A stretch of DNA of 64,000 nucleotides, taken from positions 480,001 through 544,000 of the forward strand of contig CAWFGE010000023.1 in the NCBI GenBank assembly GCA_963815195.1, in the 5' to 3' direction. Each line of letters begins with the position of its first letter. Within the stretch, counting starts at the first letter, position 1. Below the pieces are notes generated by a model that was not told the origin of the DNA, did no database searches, and saw only the letters and a program-made list of their open reading frames with translations. Positions 21,058-32,508 of the stretch are shown one piece after another. The DNA is from an uncultured Planctomycetaceae bacterium (GTDB lineage: Bacteria; Planctomycetota; Planctomycetia; Planctomycetales; Planctomycetaceae). The position numbers and the translations under genes were made by a program.

Positions 21058-22968
21058 ATGGCCCGCACCGAACCGGAGTTGGATGAGCTCGAAAGCGAAA
21101 ACCTCGATCACGAAAGCCCCGAAGAGGTTTTGGATGAGCTCGAGCAGCTTTACACGCCGGAACCGGGGGAGTTGCAGCTCACGGTCCGCGCGGTGCTCAC
21201 GGGTTGTGTGATCGGCGGCGTGGTGGGGGCGATGAATATCTCCATCGGCCTGAAGATCGGCTGGTCGTTCGGCGGCTCGCTGATCGCCGCGATCCTGGGC
21301 TATTCGATCTGGTATTTTCTCGGCCCGCAGAGGCCATTTACGGTCCTGGAAACCAACATTGCCCAAACGTCGGGATCGGCCGCCGGTTCGATGGCATCGG
21401 CCGCGGGACTGTTGGCGCCCATCCCGGCATTGATGATGCTCGGCATCCACCTGGAAATGTGGCAGCTCTTTTTCTGGACCTTGAGCGTAGGCTATCTCGG
21501 CGTGTTTTATGCCGTCCCTTTGCGGAGGCAGATGGTCGTCATCGACAAGCTGCGATTTCCTACCGGCATCGCCACGGCGGAGACGATTGTCTCCATCTTC
21601 GCCGAGGGAGTCGAGGCCGTCCGCAAAGCCCGCACGCTCTTGTTGTGGGCGATCCTCGCGGCGGCGTTCGTGCTGTTGAAATACTCGTGGGCTCCCGGCT
21701 GGATCGGCCCTTCTTTTGAAAACCCGCCCATGGAATTCCTCGGAGCGGTCGGCGCGTTTTTGGGCCTGTGGGGCTTCGGCATTCTCATCAGTCCCGTGAT
21801 GACCGGAGCGGGTTTGGTGATCGGTCCCCGCGTCGGCATCTCTCTTGTGTTGGGAGCGGTCACGGGTTGGCTGGTGCTGGGGAATCTGGTGAACGCGTTG
21901 GGCTGGGTCAGCGATGCCAATGCGATTATGAGTTACGAAAAAGGGGCTCGCGGTTGGATTCTTTGGCCGGGCGTGGCGATTATGGTCGGCGACGCCCTCG
22001 CCAGTCTTGCCCTCCAATGGCGGACTTTTGTGAATGCTCTTCGGCCTGGCACCCAACTCGGTGAAGGCGACGACTTCGGCAACCCCGAAGAAATGATCCC
22101 CAACTCCTGGTGGATAGGCGGCCTTGCGCTCGGAACGATTCTGGCGATCGCGGTGATGCAAACCGTGTTCGGCATCGCCTGGTATCTGACCTTGATCGCC
22201 GTCGCGTTGTCGTCGATTCTTTCCGCGATCGCCGTCCGCTCCACGGGCGAAACCGACATCAACCCCGTCGGCGGGATGGGCAAGGTCACGCAGTTGGTGT
22301 TCGGCGGCATCACGCAGGCCCAAGGCATCAGCGGCCCGCAGGCGGTTTCCACAAACTTGATGGCCGCCGCCATCACCGGCTCCGGGGCATCGCAGGCGGC
22401 GGACATGATGCAGGACCTCAAGACCGGTCATCTGTTGGGGGCGTCGCCGCGGAAGCAGATCATCGCTCAATGCGTGGGCATCCTCGCGGGCGTGGCAGTG
22501 GTCGTGCCGGTGTATGCCTTGTTCGATCGCGTGCACGAGATCGGCGGAACCAAAAGCGGTTACCCCGCACCGGCGGCTCATGCTTGGAAGGCGATGGCCG
22601 AGCTGTTGAGCGAAGGCCTGGGCGCTTTGCCCACGCACGCGGGCTGGGCCGTGCTGATCGGGTTCATCTTCGGGGCAGCTCTGCCGACGTTCCGCAAGTT
22701 GGCTCCGTCCGCCGCCCGCTACATCCCGAGCGGATTGGCCTTCGGGATCGCATTTCTGGTGCCGGGCATGTACTCCGTGGCGATGTTCGTGGGCACAATG
22801 CTGCTCGTGTTCTGGCAGAAATTCAAACCCGCCCAATGCAAAGCGTTGGCGTTTGCGGTCGCTTCCGGCCTGATCGCCGGCGAAGGCTTGATGAACGTCG
22901 TCACGGCCCTCTTGGAACTGGCCCGCCAAACGGTCCTCAACGGCGTCTGGCCTCCGGTGGCCGGATAG
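21058..22968 (+). CDS. OPT-family oligopeptide transporter
   Basis: QLTVRAV, ETNIAQT, LRFPTG, MQDLKTG, ASGLIAGEG. Confidence 0.92.
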   Translation: MARTEPELDELESENLDHESPEEVLDELEQLYTPEPGELQLTVRAVLTGCVIGGVVGAMNISIGLKIGWSFGGSLIAAILGYSIWYFLGPQRPFTVLETNIAQTSGSAAGSMASAAGLLAPIPALMMLGIHLEMWQLFFWTLSVGYLGVFYAVPLRRQMVVIDKLRFPTGIATAETIVSIFAEGVEAVRKARTLLLWAILAAAFVLLKYSWAPGWIGPSFENPPMEFLGAVGAFLGLWGFGILISPVMTGAGLVIGPRVGISLVLGAVTGWLVLGNLVNALGWVSDANAIMSYEKGARGWILWPGVAIMVGDALASLALQWRTFVNALRPGTQLGEGDDFGNPEEMIPNSWWIGGLALGTILAIAVMQTVFGIAWYLTLIAVALSSILSAIAVRSTGETDINPVGGMGKVTQLVFGGITQAQGISGPQAVSTNLMAAAITGSGASQAADMMQDLKTGHLLGASPRKQIIAQCVGILAGVAVVVPVYALFDRVHEIGGTKSGYPAPAAHAWKAMAELLSEGLGALPTHAGWAVLIGFIFGAALPTFRKLAPSAARYIPSGLAFGIAFLVPGMYSVAMFVGTMLLVFWQKFKPAQCKALAFAVASGLIAGEGLMNVVTALLELARQTVLNGVWPPVAG

Positions 22969-22992
22969 TCGTCCGACGCTGCCGATCAACAA

Positions 22993-23029
22993 AAACAGCC
23001 GGTTGCCGCCACGGGGCAACCGGCTGTTT
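22993..23029. terminator. Bidirectional intrinsic terminator between the OPT gene and tRNA-Gly
   Basis: aaacagccggttgcc-loop-ggcaaccggctgttt hairpin. Confidence 0.75.
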
Positions 23030-23033
23030 CAAA

Positions 23034-23104
23034 AGCGGGTGAAGGGAATCGAACCCTCACATTTGGCTTGGGAAGCCAACGCTCTACCATTGAGCTACAC
23101 CCGC
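23034..23104 (-). tRNA. tRNA-Gly (CCC)
   Basis: GCGGGTGTAGCTCAATGGTAGAGC..TTGGC-TT-CCC-AA-GCCAA..GGTTCGATTCC..ACCCGCT; no encoded CCA. Confidence 0.97.
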
Positions 23105-23123
23105 AGGGGAAATCATTTCGTAC

Positions 23124-23152
23124 AAGCTATCTCAGCCATTGCCCGCGGTCAA
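23124..23152 (-). promoter_or_regulatory. Sigma70-type promoter of tRNA-Gly
   Basis: TTGACC-N17-TAGCTT, abutting the IS copy 2 target duplication. Confidence 0.55.
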
Positions 23153-23160
23153 GTTGGAAA

Positions 23161-24724
23161 GTGTGTGGCCGGAAATTCTGGCGGGGTTAAGTTGGTTGGT
23201 CAATTGAGGTTCCAGTGAGAGTCCCAGGCGTGGCTTTGGTGGAGGGCTTCCAAGGCCATTACGGCCAGGGCGTTGTCGGGATCCCAGCGGCGGCCTTTGC
23301 CTTTGATGCGGCTGGTGGTCGTGCGGCATTGGGCTTCGGTTGGACCGCTGCCGATTTGCCACCCGTTGGCGCGGAACTCGGGGTATTTAATCAGATGGCT
23401 GCGTTCGGCCATGTAGTGCAAGAGTCCATCCAGGGCTTGCTTTTTCGTTTCGTTTTCCAGTTGGGCCCGCTGGGTCGTGAGCTGATCCCACGCTGTTTCG
23501 TAACCTTCATGCTTGAAGGTGTGCATCAATTCGTCCAGCCAGCTTTTGCCGGCTTCGTCGTCTCCGTAAAGCGACCGCCGCGTCTTTTGCGCGTAATCCC
23601 GAAGATGCCAGAAGTCGAGTCCGCGGGCGGTCAACCGCAGGCCTTGTTTCTCCGCTTGGCGATCGATCCACACGGCCCCGTCATAAATCCCGATCGAAGC
23701 GTCCGCCTGATCCAACTGAATCCGCGAGGCGTCCCGGCGCATCACCCGCCCGACCACTTCATGGTCGCCCCGGCTGACGCTGATCCAGCGGTTTTCCTGG
23801 TCTTCCGAATAAAACTGCACCAGACGAAATTCCTTGTACGGGCCGTCGGCGCCCGGCTTCAATCGTTCCAACGGATTGAGAGAGCGGCCCTCGGATTTGC
23901 GTTCTTTCCGTTTCTCGACGACCTGAGCCCGCCGCTGCTTCTTTTCCGTCTCCGTGATCACGGGAACCTTCACGCCGTCACAACCGAAATACACGCGAGT
24001 TTCGCCCTCAGGGGTTTGGCAATCCGACGCCTCCCAGTCGGGCCTCAGTTCGTTGCGACGCGTTTGTTCCAAGACCGTTTGGCCTTCGGCTTCGATCAAT
24101 TGCCGGAGCGTTTCCTTGCCGATCGAAAGCCCCGCCGCACGCTTCAGGGTCACGGACAGTTCCAGAAAACTGCTTTCGCAACGGTTCAATCGGCAGGCCA
24201 ATTCGACGACGCCTTGCGTGAACTGCTGGCAGGCTTCGTCCAACCACTCATCCAGCGGCGTCACGCTGCCGCCGCCGGCTGGTTGCCAGCGAATCCGGCG
24301 AAGCTTAACCCGCCCGTTGACCGTCATCACGGTGTGCTTCTGGCGACCTTTGTTGCGCATGGGTGTTCCCGTCGCTTCGTTCTCCGGAGGGGGGAAAAGC
24401 GGACTCGGCTGAGTCCGCTCGCATCTGCACGGCCCGCTCGTAAGCCCGGCGGCGAAACTCGTGCATCAACTGCCGCACTTGCTCCTCACTGTCGGCAATC
24501 ACGCGACCGCCCGGCGCCGCATTCACGGCCTCCATCACTTCGCCCAACAAGCCCTCAAGCTCCGACCGCATTGACTCGATATAAACCTCTTTGGCAACTC
24601 GGGGTTCCTGCATCGCAATCCCTCCTCTGGAAGTGAAATCAACTCGCCCCCGCACATCGCGGACGACAGGATTGCCTACTTTACACACTCTACCCAGTTC
24701 GCGCCATAGAAAACGGCCAGACAC
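23161..24724 (-). mobile_element. ISKra4-like IS, copy 2, with intact 8-bp TSD GTTGGAAA
   Basis: TSD at 23153-23160 and 24725-24732; ORF-B 23200-24360 identical to copy 1. Confidence 0.93.
23200..24613 (-). CDS. ISKra4-like transposase (ORF-A + ORF-B)
   Basis: Same proteins as copy 1. Confidence 0.85.
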
Positions 24725-24770
24725 GTTGGAAATCCGGCGAGCTGAATCGAGCGAAGTAAACTCAAGAGGT

Positions 24771-24890
24771 CCCAATCTCCCAATCTCCCAATCTCCCAAT
24801 CTCCCAATCTCCCAATCTCCCAATCTCCCAATCTCCCAATCTCCCAATCTCCCAATCTCCCAATCTCCCAATCTCCCAATCTCCCAATCT
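24771..24890. repeat. Microsatellite (CCCAATCT)x15
   Basis: 120 bp of perfect 8-bp units. Confidence 0.97.
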
Positions 24891-24896
24891 CCCCCA

Positions 24897-27120
24897 TCAC
24901 CGGAGCGCAGGCGTCCATGCGGAAGGTCCGGCTGAGGTAGCGGGACAACCGGGCGGCGAGGGACTGCGGGGCGGTTTTGATTTTCGCGGACCCGGTGCTG
25001 CCGGCCGAGAGCCGGGCGTTGTGCGGGTCGAGCCGGACGCGGGCCTGGTAAGACGTGCTGACGAGTTCGGGCCGGCCTTGTTCGTTCAATCGCGTGGGCA
25101 GGTCTTCGTGCTGCAGCAGTTCGCGTGGCGTAACTTTGAGATCGATCTGGGCGACATCCTCGACGACGCCGGTGAGGAGTTCGCCGGGCCGTTCTTCCAG
25201 CCGCAACCGCACCGTTTGCCCCGGCCGGACGAACTGCACGTCCCCCTGGTCAATCACCAACAGGGCTTCCATCTTCTCGGCATCGCCGATCAAACAAAAC
25301 AGCGTCCCGGTTTCCAAATAGCCGTGGAGATTCTTGGGATCGAGGGGCGAGCCCGACCAGCGGGCGAGTTCGCCTTCCGCGGCGGCTTCGTCTTGAAAGG
25401 CCGGCGGCAAGACGGTCCCCGCGACCGGGGCGGTGATCGTCAGCCGGCGGGCGTTTTCCTCGCGCTCGGCGAGGCGTTTTCGCAATTCCGCAAGAGCCTG
25501 TTCCGCAGCGGGGATCTGGGCCTTTGCCTTGGGGTCGGCTCGCTGGCTGAGTTTCAGATTCTGGAGCTTGAGTTCCTGCTCGTGAATCTTCCCGCGGGTC
25601 TCGACGACCTCCTTCTGGATGTCCAGGTTATGGAGTTCGCCCAACACGTCGCCCGGTTGGACTTGAGTGCCGGAGGCGATCGCGTTTTCGAGCGTGCCGT
25701 CCACGGCGACATACACGCGGGTCGCATCCTGGGGCTGCACAATCGCCGCGGTCTTTACGCTGTAGGGCAGCGGGATCAACGATAACCCCGCAAGCCCCGC
25801 CAGCGTCAATCCGCCGCGGAGGAAGAGTCTGGACCATTTCACGTCGTCTGTCCTTAATGGATCCCGTAAGAATTTGATTCCGCGGATCGCGGGGCCGATC
25901 AGCAATCCGCCCACCGCGGCGACGGCCAGCATCCGGGCCAGAACTTCAAGTCGATAGGGTTTGAGGACTTCGTGACAGAACCACAGGATCGTCACCAGCA
26001 CGAACACCCGATACGCGGCCGCGAGCACGGCATACAGCATGAGCGCGAGCCGATGCCTGCCCGGCAGCACGCGGTCGTTTTCCAGATCGGTCCCCAGATA
26101 AAACCGCCCAAAAACCTGCTTGATGAGGGCACCGGCTTGCTGGCGGAGGTTGGGAACTTCCACCAGGTCGGCCAGCATATAATAGCCATCATACCTTAAC
26201 AGCGGATTGCCGTTGAAGAGCACCGTCGTCACCGAGCAGATCACCATCACGTTGAGGCAGAGCGCATTTAATAGCCCCGGCTCCGAGAACCACCACAGGA
26301 ACGTGGCGACGGACGCCAGGATCATTTCGACGTACATCCCCGCCCCGCTGATGGCGACGCGGTGCCATTTGTTGGGCAGCATCCAGGCGTCGGAAACATT
26401 CACATACAGGCAGGGCGTGAAGACCAAAAACATCACGCCCAGCTCGTGGCATTCGCCGCCAAAGTGCCGCAGGCTTACGGCATGGCCGAGTTCGTGCAGG
26501 ATCTTGGTGAAGGCGAACACGGCCATCAACAGCACGGCATTTCGCCAGCCGAAGAAGGCGTCGAAATCCGGCAGCCGGGCTTCGACGGTTTGAAACTGCA
26601 CCGCGACCAACAGTAGGCGCAGGCAAACAGAGCAAAACAGAGCGCAATGCACGCCGGCGAGAGCAGCCAGGCCACGCGGGGATAAAGCCAATTCAAAAAC
26701 GTTTCGGGATCGAGGCCGCGAAAGCGGACGGCGAGCGGATTGGCGAATTGCTGCCAGAACTCCCGCCGGCGGCGCTTGGTGTGGCGTTCGAGCAGTTCCT
26801 CCGCCTGGCCGCGGGCATCGGTGATCAACAGGCCTTCGCCGTGGAGCATCGCCAAAAACGATTGAAGCTGCGGCAGGCTGATCCGCTGCGGCGCGAACTC
26901 CTCCTCGAAAGTCCGGCGGATGTCATCCAGGCTCACGGGGCCGTCGAGCATTTGAAAGATGCGGTATTCCTCGTCGCGCAATTGGAAATACTGAAGCGAG
27001 ACGGGATCCTTGAGCACCCAATACCTGCGGTCCCCGTACTGCAAGGGATCCGCGCACGTCCCGCCGACGCCGCAACCGCAGCGGCCGGGACGATGAGGCA
27101 AGAAACTCCGCGGCACTCAT
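24897..27120 (-). CDS. Peptidase M50-like / HlyD-type membrane fusion protein; several frameshifts, 3' end uncertain
   Basis: YWVLKDPVSLQYF, LHELGH, NGNPLLRYDGYY, coiled coil plus ITAPVAGTV. Confidence 0.8.
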
Positions 27121-27203
27121 TTGTCGTCAATCACTCCCTCGAACGCAGCCGGTTCAAAAATCGGTCGCCGGCATCGGACGGCCGCACGACCATGTAACGC
27201 CGG

Positions 27204-28526
27204 TTAGCGGGGAAAGACAAGCTTGAACGCAACGGGTCCCTCGTTGGATCGGCCCACGAGATAACCGTTGCCTTCGTTGTCTCTCGTATTCGTCCCGTAT
27301 AGCAAGAGGTTTTTGTGGGATTGAACGGGACCTTGCCTTAAATCGACCGCCCGGGACATCCCGCGGTTCAGATCAAAGACCACCCATTGGTTTTCCCCGT
27401 TCGGAGGCCTCGCGATGCCGCAGGCATATTCTGTCCCGGCGAACGTGTAAAGGGCCGGAGGATAAGAAGATCCTTGCGGATGAAACCAACCCAGGTGGGT
27501 GATCTCCGCCTGATCTTTCGCGGGATGGACTCGCCACAGGCCGCCGGTCGACGTTGTGAACAGCAAATCGCCGTCCGCGAGAAACGTCCAACCCACGATG
27601 CCATGCGACTCGAAATCGGGCGTGGCTTGGTAATCGGGCAGGGGCACGGCCTGGACTTCGCGGAGGTTTTCGTCCCATTCGACCAACTCGGCGGCGAGGG
27701 CTTTGGGATTGTCCTCCGTGGGCCGGGGGCGAACGCGGGGCACATAGGCGTGGCCGTTTAGATCGACGAGAAAATTCCGGGAGATATGCCCGCCCACGGA
27801 GCCCACCCGCACGCTTCGGGTCATGTTCGTCTGGGTGTCGAATTGATAGAGCATGTGGCCGAAATAGCCCAAAGCATAGACCCAGCGGCCGCCTCCTCCC
27901 ACGGCGATCAAGGCTTCCTTGGTGTTTAAGAGGTGCTCCCACTCGCTGGCGAAAGGCTTCATCCGCCACAGATGGCCACCCCAGACCGGATATGCGGAGC
28001 CGTCGCCTTTTTCGCCGGTTTCGTCCATCGAGGCAAAATACAAGTACCCATCGTCCGCCGGGTAGATTTTGGAGTGGATCTTCATTTGCGATTCGTCCGC
28101 CTCCAGGGGTCGGACTTTTCGTAGCTGATCCAAGACGCCACCGCGGTCGAAGACTTCCTCCAAATCCGGCATGTACTCGAACAAATGGGCGGAGGGTTGG
28201 GGCACGCCGCCGGCGGCCACGCCGAACCAGATATGCCCCCGGTCATCGCGTCCCGTCGCTCCCCAAATTGCATCCCGCCCCGGAAACTCGGGCAGCGGGA
28301 TCTCCACAATCCGAGGCGGCTGAAACACATCCGCCGGGGGCGGGAAGAACCGCGTCGCCATCCGGTCTTCGGGGCTTCGTTTCGGCAAAGCCTGCTTGGG
28401 GAGTTTGACCGAGGACTGAAGAGACGAGGTTTCTTCGGGAGGCGGATTGTTCTGACAACCCATTAAGGCAATGGCCAGAATGACCCCTTCCGCCAACAGC
28501 CGGGCACGATATTTCCAAATCCGCAT
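27204..28526 (-). CDS. Secreted or lipoprotein hypothetical, beta-propeller-like
   Basis: LMGC lipobox-like; beta-rich Gly/Trp pattern. Confidence 0.65.
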   Translation of the reverse strand: MRIWKYRARLLAEGVILAIALMGCQNNPPPEETSSLQSSVKLPKQALPKRSPEDRMATRFFPPPADVFQPPRIVEIPLPEFPGRDAIWGATGRDDRGHIWFGVAAGGVPQPSAHLFEYMPDLEEVFDRGGVLDQLRKVRPLEADESQMKIHSKIYPADDGYLYFASMDETGEKGDGSAYPVWGGHLWRMKPFASEWEHLLNTKEALIAVGGGGRWVYALGYFGHMLYQFDTQTNMTRSVRVGSVGGHISRNFLVDLNGHAYVPRVRPRPTEDNPKALAAELVEWDENLREVQAVPLPDYQATPDFESHGIVGWTFLADGDLLFTTSTGGLWRVHPAKDQAEITHLGWFHPQGSSYPPALYTFAGTEYACGIARPPNGENQWVVFDLNRGMSRAVDLRQGPVQSHKNLLLYGTNTRDNEGNGYLVGRSNEGPVAFKLVFPR

Positions 28527-28649
28527 CAGTATGAGGCTCTCCCAAGGAGTTCGTCGCGAAATGCATGAGCGGCCCGGCGTAGCTGCCGGTTGTTTTAGGT
28601 TGTCCTGAAATCTCCAAGACCGGCGGCTAGCGCCGGGCCGCTCACATTT

Positions 28650-28991
28650 TCAATACCGGGGCAGGCTGGGATCGATCGTTTGCGACCAGAGATCGATGCC
28701 CCCGGCGAGGCTTTTGACGTTGGCGAAGCCTTGCCCGGCCAGCCAGCGGGCGACTTGCAGGCTTCGGCCGCCGTGATGGCAATGCACGACGATCTCGCGG
28801 CCCTTGTGCTCGTCCAACTCGCCGACCCGCTGTTGGATTTCGCTCATAGGCAAGAGCTGCGTCCCTTCGATCCGCACCAATTCGTATTCGCTCTGCTCGC
28901 GGCAGTCGAGAAACAGGAACTCTTCGGAGTTCTCCAGCTTGTGTCGGACGGACTGACAGTCGATTTCCATCGAGGGCAGCGGGGCATTCAT
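28650..28991 (-). CDS. Rhodanese-like protein
   Basis: LDCREQSE, CHHGGRS, LAGGIDLW, IDPSLPRY. Confidence 0.92.
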   Translation of the reverse strand: MNAPLPSMEIDCQSVRHKLENSEEFLFLDCREQSEYELVRIEGTQLLPMSEIQQRVGELDEHKGREIVVHCHHGGRSLQVARWLAGQGFANVKSLAGGIDLWSQTIDPSLPRY

Positions 28992-29111
28992 CGCGATCGG
29001 GTCCCTTAAGTGATTGACCTTGTTCCCTTTAGAACGGGAATCCTATGATAAGCTATAATTGCGGGCGGGGGCTATTCTCGCGAATGGCCCCGGCCCCATC
29101 AAGTATGTCCC

Positions 29112-29190
29112 GGCGAGCGTGGGCGTCAGCCCCATGATTTCGCGGATTCCAAATTCGACGTCATCATGGGGCTGACGCCCCACGCTCGCC
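29112..29190. repeat. REPIN-like hairpin (GGCGAGCG..GGCGTCAGCCCC family)
   Basis: Inverted arms with short spacer. Confidence 0.75.
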
Positions 29191-29231
29191 ATGTGTGCCG
29201 AGTTTGTTCTTACTTTTGGAATGCCCCTCTC

Positions 29232-30748
29232 ATGAAAGTCAAGGAATTTCTCGCCCATTACGGTGTTACGGAAAACCCGTTCGGGCAAGAAATGCGCAAT
29301 CCGACCACGTGTTTCGCGACCATTGCTTGAACGGCACGCATCACCCGGCGTGGGACAAAATCTTCGGCGACCCCGGCATGCCTTCGACCTCCGTCGTCTT
29401 CGGCGAAAAAGGCAGCGGCAAAACCGCGCTCCGGCTGCAAATCGCCAAGGAACTCGACGGCTACAACGAAAAACATCCCGAGCACAAAGCCTTCATCATC
29501 CAGTACGACGACTTCAACCCCTTCCTCGACAGCTTCCGCGACCGGCTGCACGGCCGCAAACGCCGGCCTCAAAAAGTCCTCGCTTACTGGCGGCTCTACG
29601 ACCACATGGATGCGATTCTCTCGCTGGGGGTCCGGCGACTGGTGCGGACCGTCCTCAACGCAGAGCCGATGAAGCTCAACCCCAATGCGGAAATCAACGA
29701 CGAGGACGTCGCCCGGCTGTCCGATCTCCAGCGGCGGGATTTGCTGTTGCTCGCGGCCTTTTATAACCACACCTTCGACCAGGCCCCGCTCCGCCGCTGG
29801 AACGCCCTAAGGCATAAGCTGGGCTATCAATCGTGGACCTCCACGCAAACCTGGCTGTCCAAGTGGGACATCGGCCTGGGCCTGTTTGTCACGTTCCTCA
29901 CCATCCTGGTGACCTGGGCCAACTGGGGCTTCCAATCGCTGTTCAACATCTGGGTGGGGCTGATTATTCTCGCCGGCTGGATTCCGTACATCCGGCACCA
30001 GATCAAGCTCTATTGGGCCGCGTGGCGTGCGTCGAAGCAGATCCGCGTATTCGACCTGTTGCCCAACTCGCTCCGGCAAATCTTGAGCCGATTCGACTGG
30101 AGCCACATCGAAGAGCAGCCCATGCCCACCAAAGATCGCAGCGACGACCGCTATGCGCTCCTGACCAAATTCCAGGGCATTCTGGAAACGTTGGGCTACG
30201 ACGGAATTGTCGTTCTGGTGGACCGCGTGGACGAGCCCCACCTCATCAACGGCTCGCCCGAGCGAATGCGGGATCTCCTGTGGCCGATGTTCGACAACAA
30301 GTTCTTAAAGCACCAGAACATCGGCTTTAAACTCCTCTTGCCCGCCGACGTGATGTACTACGTCGATCGCGAGGAAAAAGCATTCTACGAACGCTCCCGG
30401 CTGGATAAGCAGAACCTGATCCGCTCGCTGGAATGGACCGGGGAATCGCTGTACGACGTGGCCAACGACCGCTTGCAAGCCGTCGCCAAGCCGCAAAACG
30501 GCAAGCAGCTCGCCATCCGCGATTTCTTTGAAGACGACATGACGGAGGCGGAGCTCATCAGCATGTTTTCCCGCTTCCGCGTGCCCCGGCATCTGTTCAA
30601 GTTCCTGTACCGGCTGTTCGTCGAGCACTGCAACCGCTACACCAGCGAAAACCCGAACTGGAAAATCCACCGCGACACGGTGCAATGGACGCTGTCCAAC
30701 TTCACCCGCGACCTGGAAGAACTCCAAAAAGGCCTGGGCACGGGTTAG
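29232..30748 (+). CDS. P-loop NTPase with two TM segments; frameshift near 29292
   Basis: MKVKEFLAHYGVTENPF start, GEKGSGKT, VVLVDRVDE. Confidence 0.75.
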
Positions 30749-30783
30749 AAGAAAAACTCTCGCCCGAGCGCCGTTCAGGATCT

Positions 30784-31101
30784 TCAGTCCTTCCTTCCGC
30801 GTAAGAGGTGGCGAAAGCCAATCGCGAATCCCAAGACGATCAATGCACCAAAAAGCAATGCGCACCCCGGATCAATCAGTAATGGGATCCACCAGAGGGA
30901 TTGAACCATGTCGTTGGGCGCAATGAGACAGCCGATTGTGCCGACAAGTCCGCCGAACAGCGGGACCATCGAATAGCCGCGAGGTTCCCCATCCGGGTTG
31001 AGCTTTCTCGGAATTATGAACATCGCGCACCATTGCCCAATTCCAATCCATAGGGATAAGGCAAGAAAAGGGGTGGCGATAATCCAACGCAGCAGTTGCA
31101 T
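30784..31101 (-). CDS. Small membrane protein
   Basis: 105 aa, three hydrophobic segments, lower GC. Confidence 0.6.
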   Translation of the reverse strand: MQLLRWIIATPFLALSLWIGIGQWCAMFIIPRKLNPDGEPRGYSMVPLFGGLVGTIGCLIAPNDMVQSLWWIPLLIDPGCALLFGALIVLGFAIGFRHLLRGRKD

Positions 31102-31543
31102 GGCAAATGAGTGAGAAAATGCACGTCGTGTTGGACGAAACGATCTGTCACGTCCGGGACTTCAATGGTAGCACGATCGTTCCCCATACAACCCTGTTTT
31201 GCTCCCACGTTCCCAAGCAGCTTGGGAGCGCGGGGATGAAAATTACCGCCGGCTACGCACCAATGGGTTCGTTAATTGGCGTTGTTGGCTCGAAGATTTG
31301 TCCAAAAACCCATCCCCTTCTCTTTGATTCTTCCGTTACCCCAAAATCGCATCAATAAAAATCAAAGCAAATACCATTGGGCGATCGCCCAGCGGCTGAT
31401 AGAATTATCACGAGGAACGCGCGTCAGGTTTCTTGACTCCGAAAGACTAAAACCGTCGGGATTGAGTCCTGGAAATCATGCTGTGTGCCAAGAGCGAATC
31501 AGGGTGAGCCGGAAAAGGGTGGCACGGTTTGGGGAGGCGGATT

Positions 31544-32449
31544 ATGGTGAGAATTCTCGTCGTGGATGACTCGGCGGTCGATCGCAGGCTGGCCGGCGGC
31601 CTCTTGCAGAAAAACCCCAACTGGCAAGTGCACTATGCCACCGACGGGGCGGCCGCCCTCAAAGAGATCGAACTGCACCTGCCCGATCTCGTGCTGACCG
31701 ATTTGCAGATGCCCCACATGAACGGGCTGGAACTCGTGGGCAAAGTCCGCGAGGAATACCCGATGATCCCCATCATCCTCATGACCGCCAAGGGCAGCGA
31801 AGAAATCGCCGTCGAGGCCCTCAAACGCGGGGCGGCGTATTACGTCCCCAAGAAAACGCTCTCGCGGGAACTCCACGAGGTCGTCGAGCGCACGCTGCAC
31901 ACCGCCAAGGAGACCCGCTCGCAATCCCGGCTCATGCGGCGGATGGTCCACAACGAAACCACCTTCGTCCTGGAAAACGACCTCTCGCTGATTCCCTCGG
32001 TCGTCGCCTTTTTGCAAGACGTCGTCACCCAAATGCGGACCTGCGAGGATACCGACCGCCTGCGCGTCGGCGTGGCTCTCGAAGAGGCTTTGCTCAACGC
32101 GTACTATCACGGCAACCTGGAAGTCAGCTCCGAACTGCGGGAGACGGATCACGCGGCGTATTACGCTCTGGCCCAGGAACGTTCGGAGCAGGAACCCTTC
32201 CGCAATCGCCGGATCACCGTCAGCGCCCGCGTGACGCCGGACGAATCCATTTACAAAATCGGCGACGAAGGACCGGGCTTCGACCCCGCGGTGCTGCCCG
32301 ACCCGACCGACCCCGCCAACATCGAGCGGCCCTGCGGCCGGGGCTTATTGCTCATGCAGACGTTTATGGACGATGTGAAATTCAACAACGCGGGCAACGA
32401 AGTCACCATGACCAAACGCCGGGCCAAAGAACCCGGCCGCTCGCGCTGA
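31544..32449 (+). CDS. Response regulator fused to RsbW-like HATPase domain
   Basis: VVDDS, TDLQMP; EALLNAYYHGN, DEGPGFD, GRGLLLM. Confidence 0.88.
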   Translation: MVRILVVDDSAVDRRLAGGLLQKNPNWQVHYATDGAAALKEIELHLPDLVLTDLQMPHMNGLELVGKVREEYPMIPIILMTAKGSEEIAVEALKRGAAYYVPKKTLSRELHEVVERTLHTAKETRSQSRLMRRMVHNETTFVLENDLSLIPSVVAFLQDVVTQMRTCEDTDRLRVGVALEEALLNAYYHGNLEVSSELRETDHAAYYALAQERSEQEPFRNRRITVSARVTPDESIYKIGDEGPGFDPAVLPDPTDPANIERPCGRGLLLMQTFMDDVKFNNAGNEVTMTKRRAKEPGRSR

Positions 32450-32508
32450 CCTGCATGCGTCCAAACGCCCTTTCAGAAACCGATCCTCCCACCCCATTGC
32501 CTCCCTCC

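Noticed and set aside
23034..23104. tRNA-anchored integrative island
   Set aside because: No integrase and no duplicated tRNA 3' end seen in the window.
24771..24890. CRISPR array
   Set aside because: Contiguous 8-bp units with no spacers, and no cas genes in the window.
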